A stretch of DNA of 64,000 nt from Hormiphora californensis. Taxonomy: Eukaryota > Animalia > Ctenophora. The notes under the pieces were generated by a model. That model searched no databases, was not told the DNA's origin, and worked only from the letters and a program-made list of their open reading frames with translations. Positions 62,368 through 64,000 of the stretch are shown piece by piece. Positions within the stretch are counted from its first letter, which is position 1. Each line of letters opens with the position of its first letter. The translations under genes and the position numbers were made by a program. The stretch lies in the NCBI GenBank assembly GCA_020137815.1, contig CM035354.1:6572001-6636000 (forward strand). Reading direction: 5' to 3'.

Positions 62368-63579
62368 ATGGCGGACATAGAAGTCGAAGAGCTGGAAGTT
62401 GAGGATCTGGAACTCGAAGATTTCAGTTGTGAGGTTGGAGATAGTGATGATGAAGCCGCTACAGAGGAGGTAATTGGTGCTGTTTTGGGTGTTTTTGAGT
62501 GGTTTTGGGTTCTTTTAGGTGGTTTTGGGTGCACCCAAAACCACCTAAAAGAACCCAAAACCACTGGTTTTGAGTGGTTTTGAGTGGTTTAAATCATTTA
62601 ATTTATCTAACGTGGTTGTACATGTGGGCCCTAATTCTAAAATTAACACGTGAGGGTGGGAGAGAGTGCATGTGTGGACACACTGATATGTTTAACTTCC
62701 ATTGTAAACGAGTTTAGAATCACACTTCACAGCTTCACGGTTCGTGATTTTATCCGTCATTATTTCACACGTCACGGCCGAGCCACTTAACACCGTGTCA
62801 TAGGACCCTTGAAATTATTTTAGGCCCAGGAAAATCATGAAGAAATGAAAAGTTGCGATAATTCACATGAATAGGAAATTGGTCACCATCCACTCCCGTC
62901 CCAATTCCCTGTGCAGCTTCCATCAATTCTTCACTTTCCAGTCTCCACTTATCCACTATCCCTCAATTCCTTGCTTCCCATTCCCATATCTCAGTTACCA
63001 AACCTCCCTCTCCCATCCCCATCTCCCATATCTTGCTGAGTCAACAACCCATCTCCCTCAGTTCCTAACCTCTCTCATTGCCCCTACAGGTGGACATCTG
63101 TGGAATGTGTGGTCAGGTGATTGAGGGTCAGTTCCTCACCGCTCTAGACAACAAGTTCCACCCTGACTGCTTCTGCTGTGTCAACTGCAAGACCAAGATC
63201 GAGCCTGGTCAGGATTTTTATGAGAGGTAGGTGTTACTCCTAACCGGCCACCAATCCACCGTCCCCATCTCCCTCTCCTAACCCCCAAGTCGCCCAAGGA
63301 ATGATGAGCCCCATCTCTCCTCTTACTCAGTGTCCCCTTCTAAACCCTCCCCTTCCTTTCAGGAACGACAAGCCCCTGTGTGTTGGGTGCTACTACGAAC
63401 TATACGGGTACAAGTGCAAGATCTGCAGCGAATACATCAAGGGACAGCGACTAATTTGGGGTGACGATGCCTTCCATTTCCAGTGTGTCAAATGTACCGG
63501 GTGCAGCAAGGCTCTCTGTGAGACTGACGACCTCAAGGTAGTGAACAAGAAGGACTTCATCCACGTCAGCTGTTGTTAG
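62368..63579 (+). CDS. Small two-LIM-domain protein with acidic N-terminus
   Basis: Exons 62368-62469, 63090-63226, 63363-63579. LIM1 CGMC...FHPDCFCCVNC...LCVGCY; LIM2 CKIC...FHFQCVKCTGC...IHVSC. Confidence 0.85.
62498..62565. repeat. Perfect 68-bp spacerless palindrome of 10-bp units in LIM intron 1
   Basis: agtggttttgggttcttttaggtggttttgggtg|cacccaaaaccacctaaaagaacccaaaaccact. Confidence 0.9.
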
Positions 63580-64000
63580 AGATGTGAGATGCATCTGTCA
63601 GAGGTAGCGATCACTGATCAGAGAGATACGTGATCTGATCTGTCAGATAGGTAGTGAGAAGTGAAGTAAAGTGATCTGTGAGAGAGTAGTAGCAGAGTGA
63701 TGTGATCTGAAATGTGAGACGCCACTTTAGATTGACCAAGACATAAAGATGGAGAGAAGTACAGGTAAAGAAAATACGTCATATTTGCTAAAAAGTTTGC
63801 GATTCCCAAATAATTGATATTTGAATGATGTTCGAGACCGTGTAAAACAAAGGAACCATAATAGTTAAGAGACCATCAAGTGCAACAAAAAACCGCTTCA
63901 AGCGCACCAAATAGAGCTTCATCCATAAGCTAGCGCATTTGGAAATCATCGCTAAGAGTCTGCATCGCTGCCAACGCGTGTTTTATGCGCTGTCCCTGCG

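Overview
Eukaryotic (animal) genomic DNA with compact, intron-containing genes, many (CT)n/(GA)n microsatellites and many non-autonomous DNA transposons. Repeat style and a GPCR with SLYR in place of DRY suggest a ctenophore such as Pleurobrachia; this is inference from recall, not checked. I reconstructed the gene models by hand from GT-AG junctions and phase. On + they are MINDY4, GINS4/SLD5, a MAP9-like coiled-coil gene, a Dok/IRS-like PH-PTB adaptor, IFT52, a second MAP9-like gene, a 24-kb secreted Ig-follistatin/Kazal-Ig-VWD-C8 gene, CAPS2 and a two-LIM protein. On - they are an SH2 protein, a rhodopsin-class GPCR nested in an intron, and a possible orphan ORF. Most notable: (1) a ~116-119 bp imperfect palindrome with an AG-N13-CT core recurring in apparently different transposon families; (2) acceptor-like sites just upstream of all 11 main ATGs plus an operon-like trio, suggesting SL trans-splicing; (3) repeated tandem duplication of splice sites; (4) nested transposons, including a 1.3-kb near-perfect palindrome; (5) the unusual secreted-protein architecture. 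Several single-base frameshifts and one low-quality stretch (~59.1-60.0 kb) look like assembly errors.
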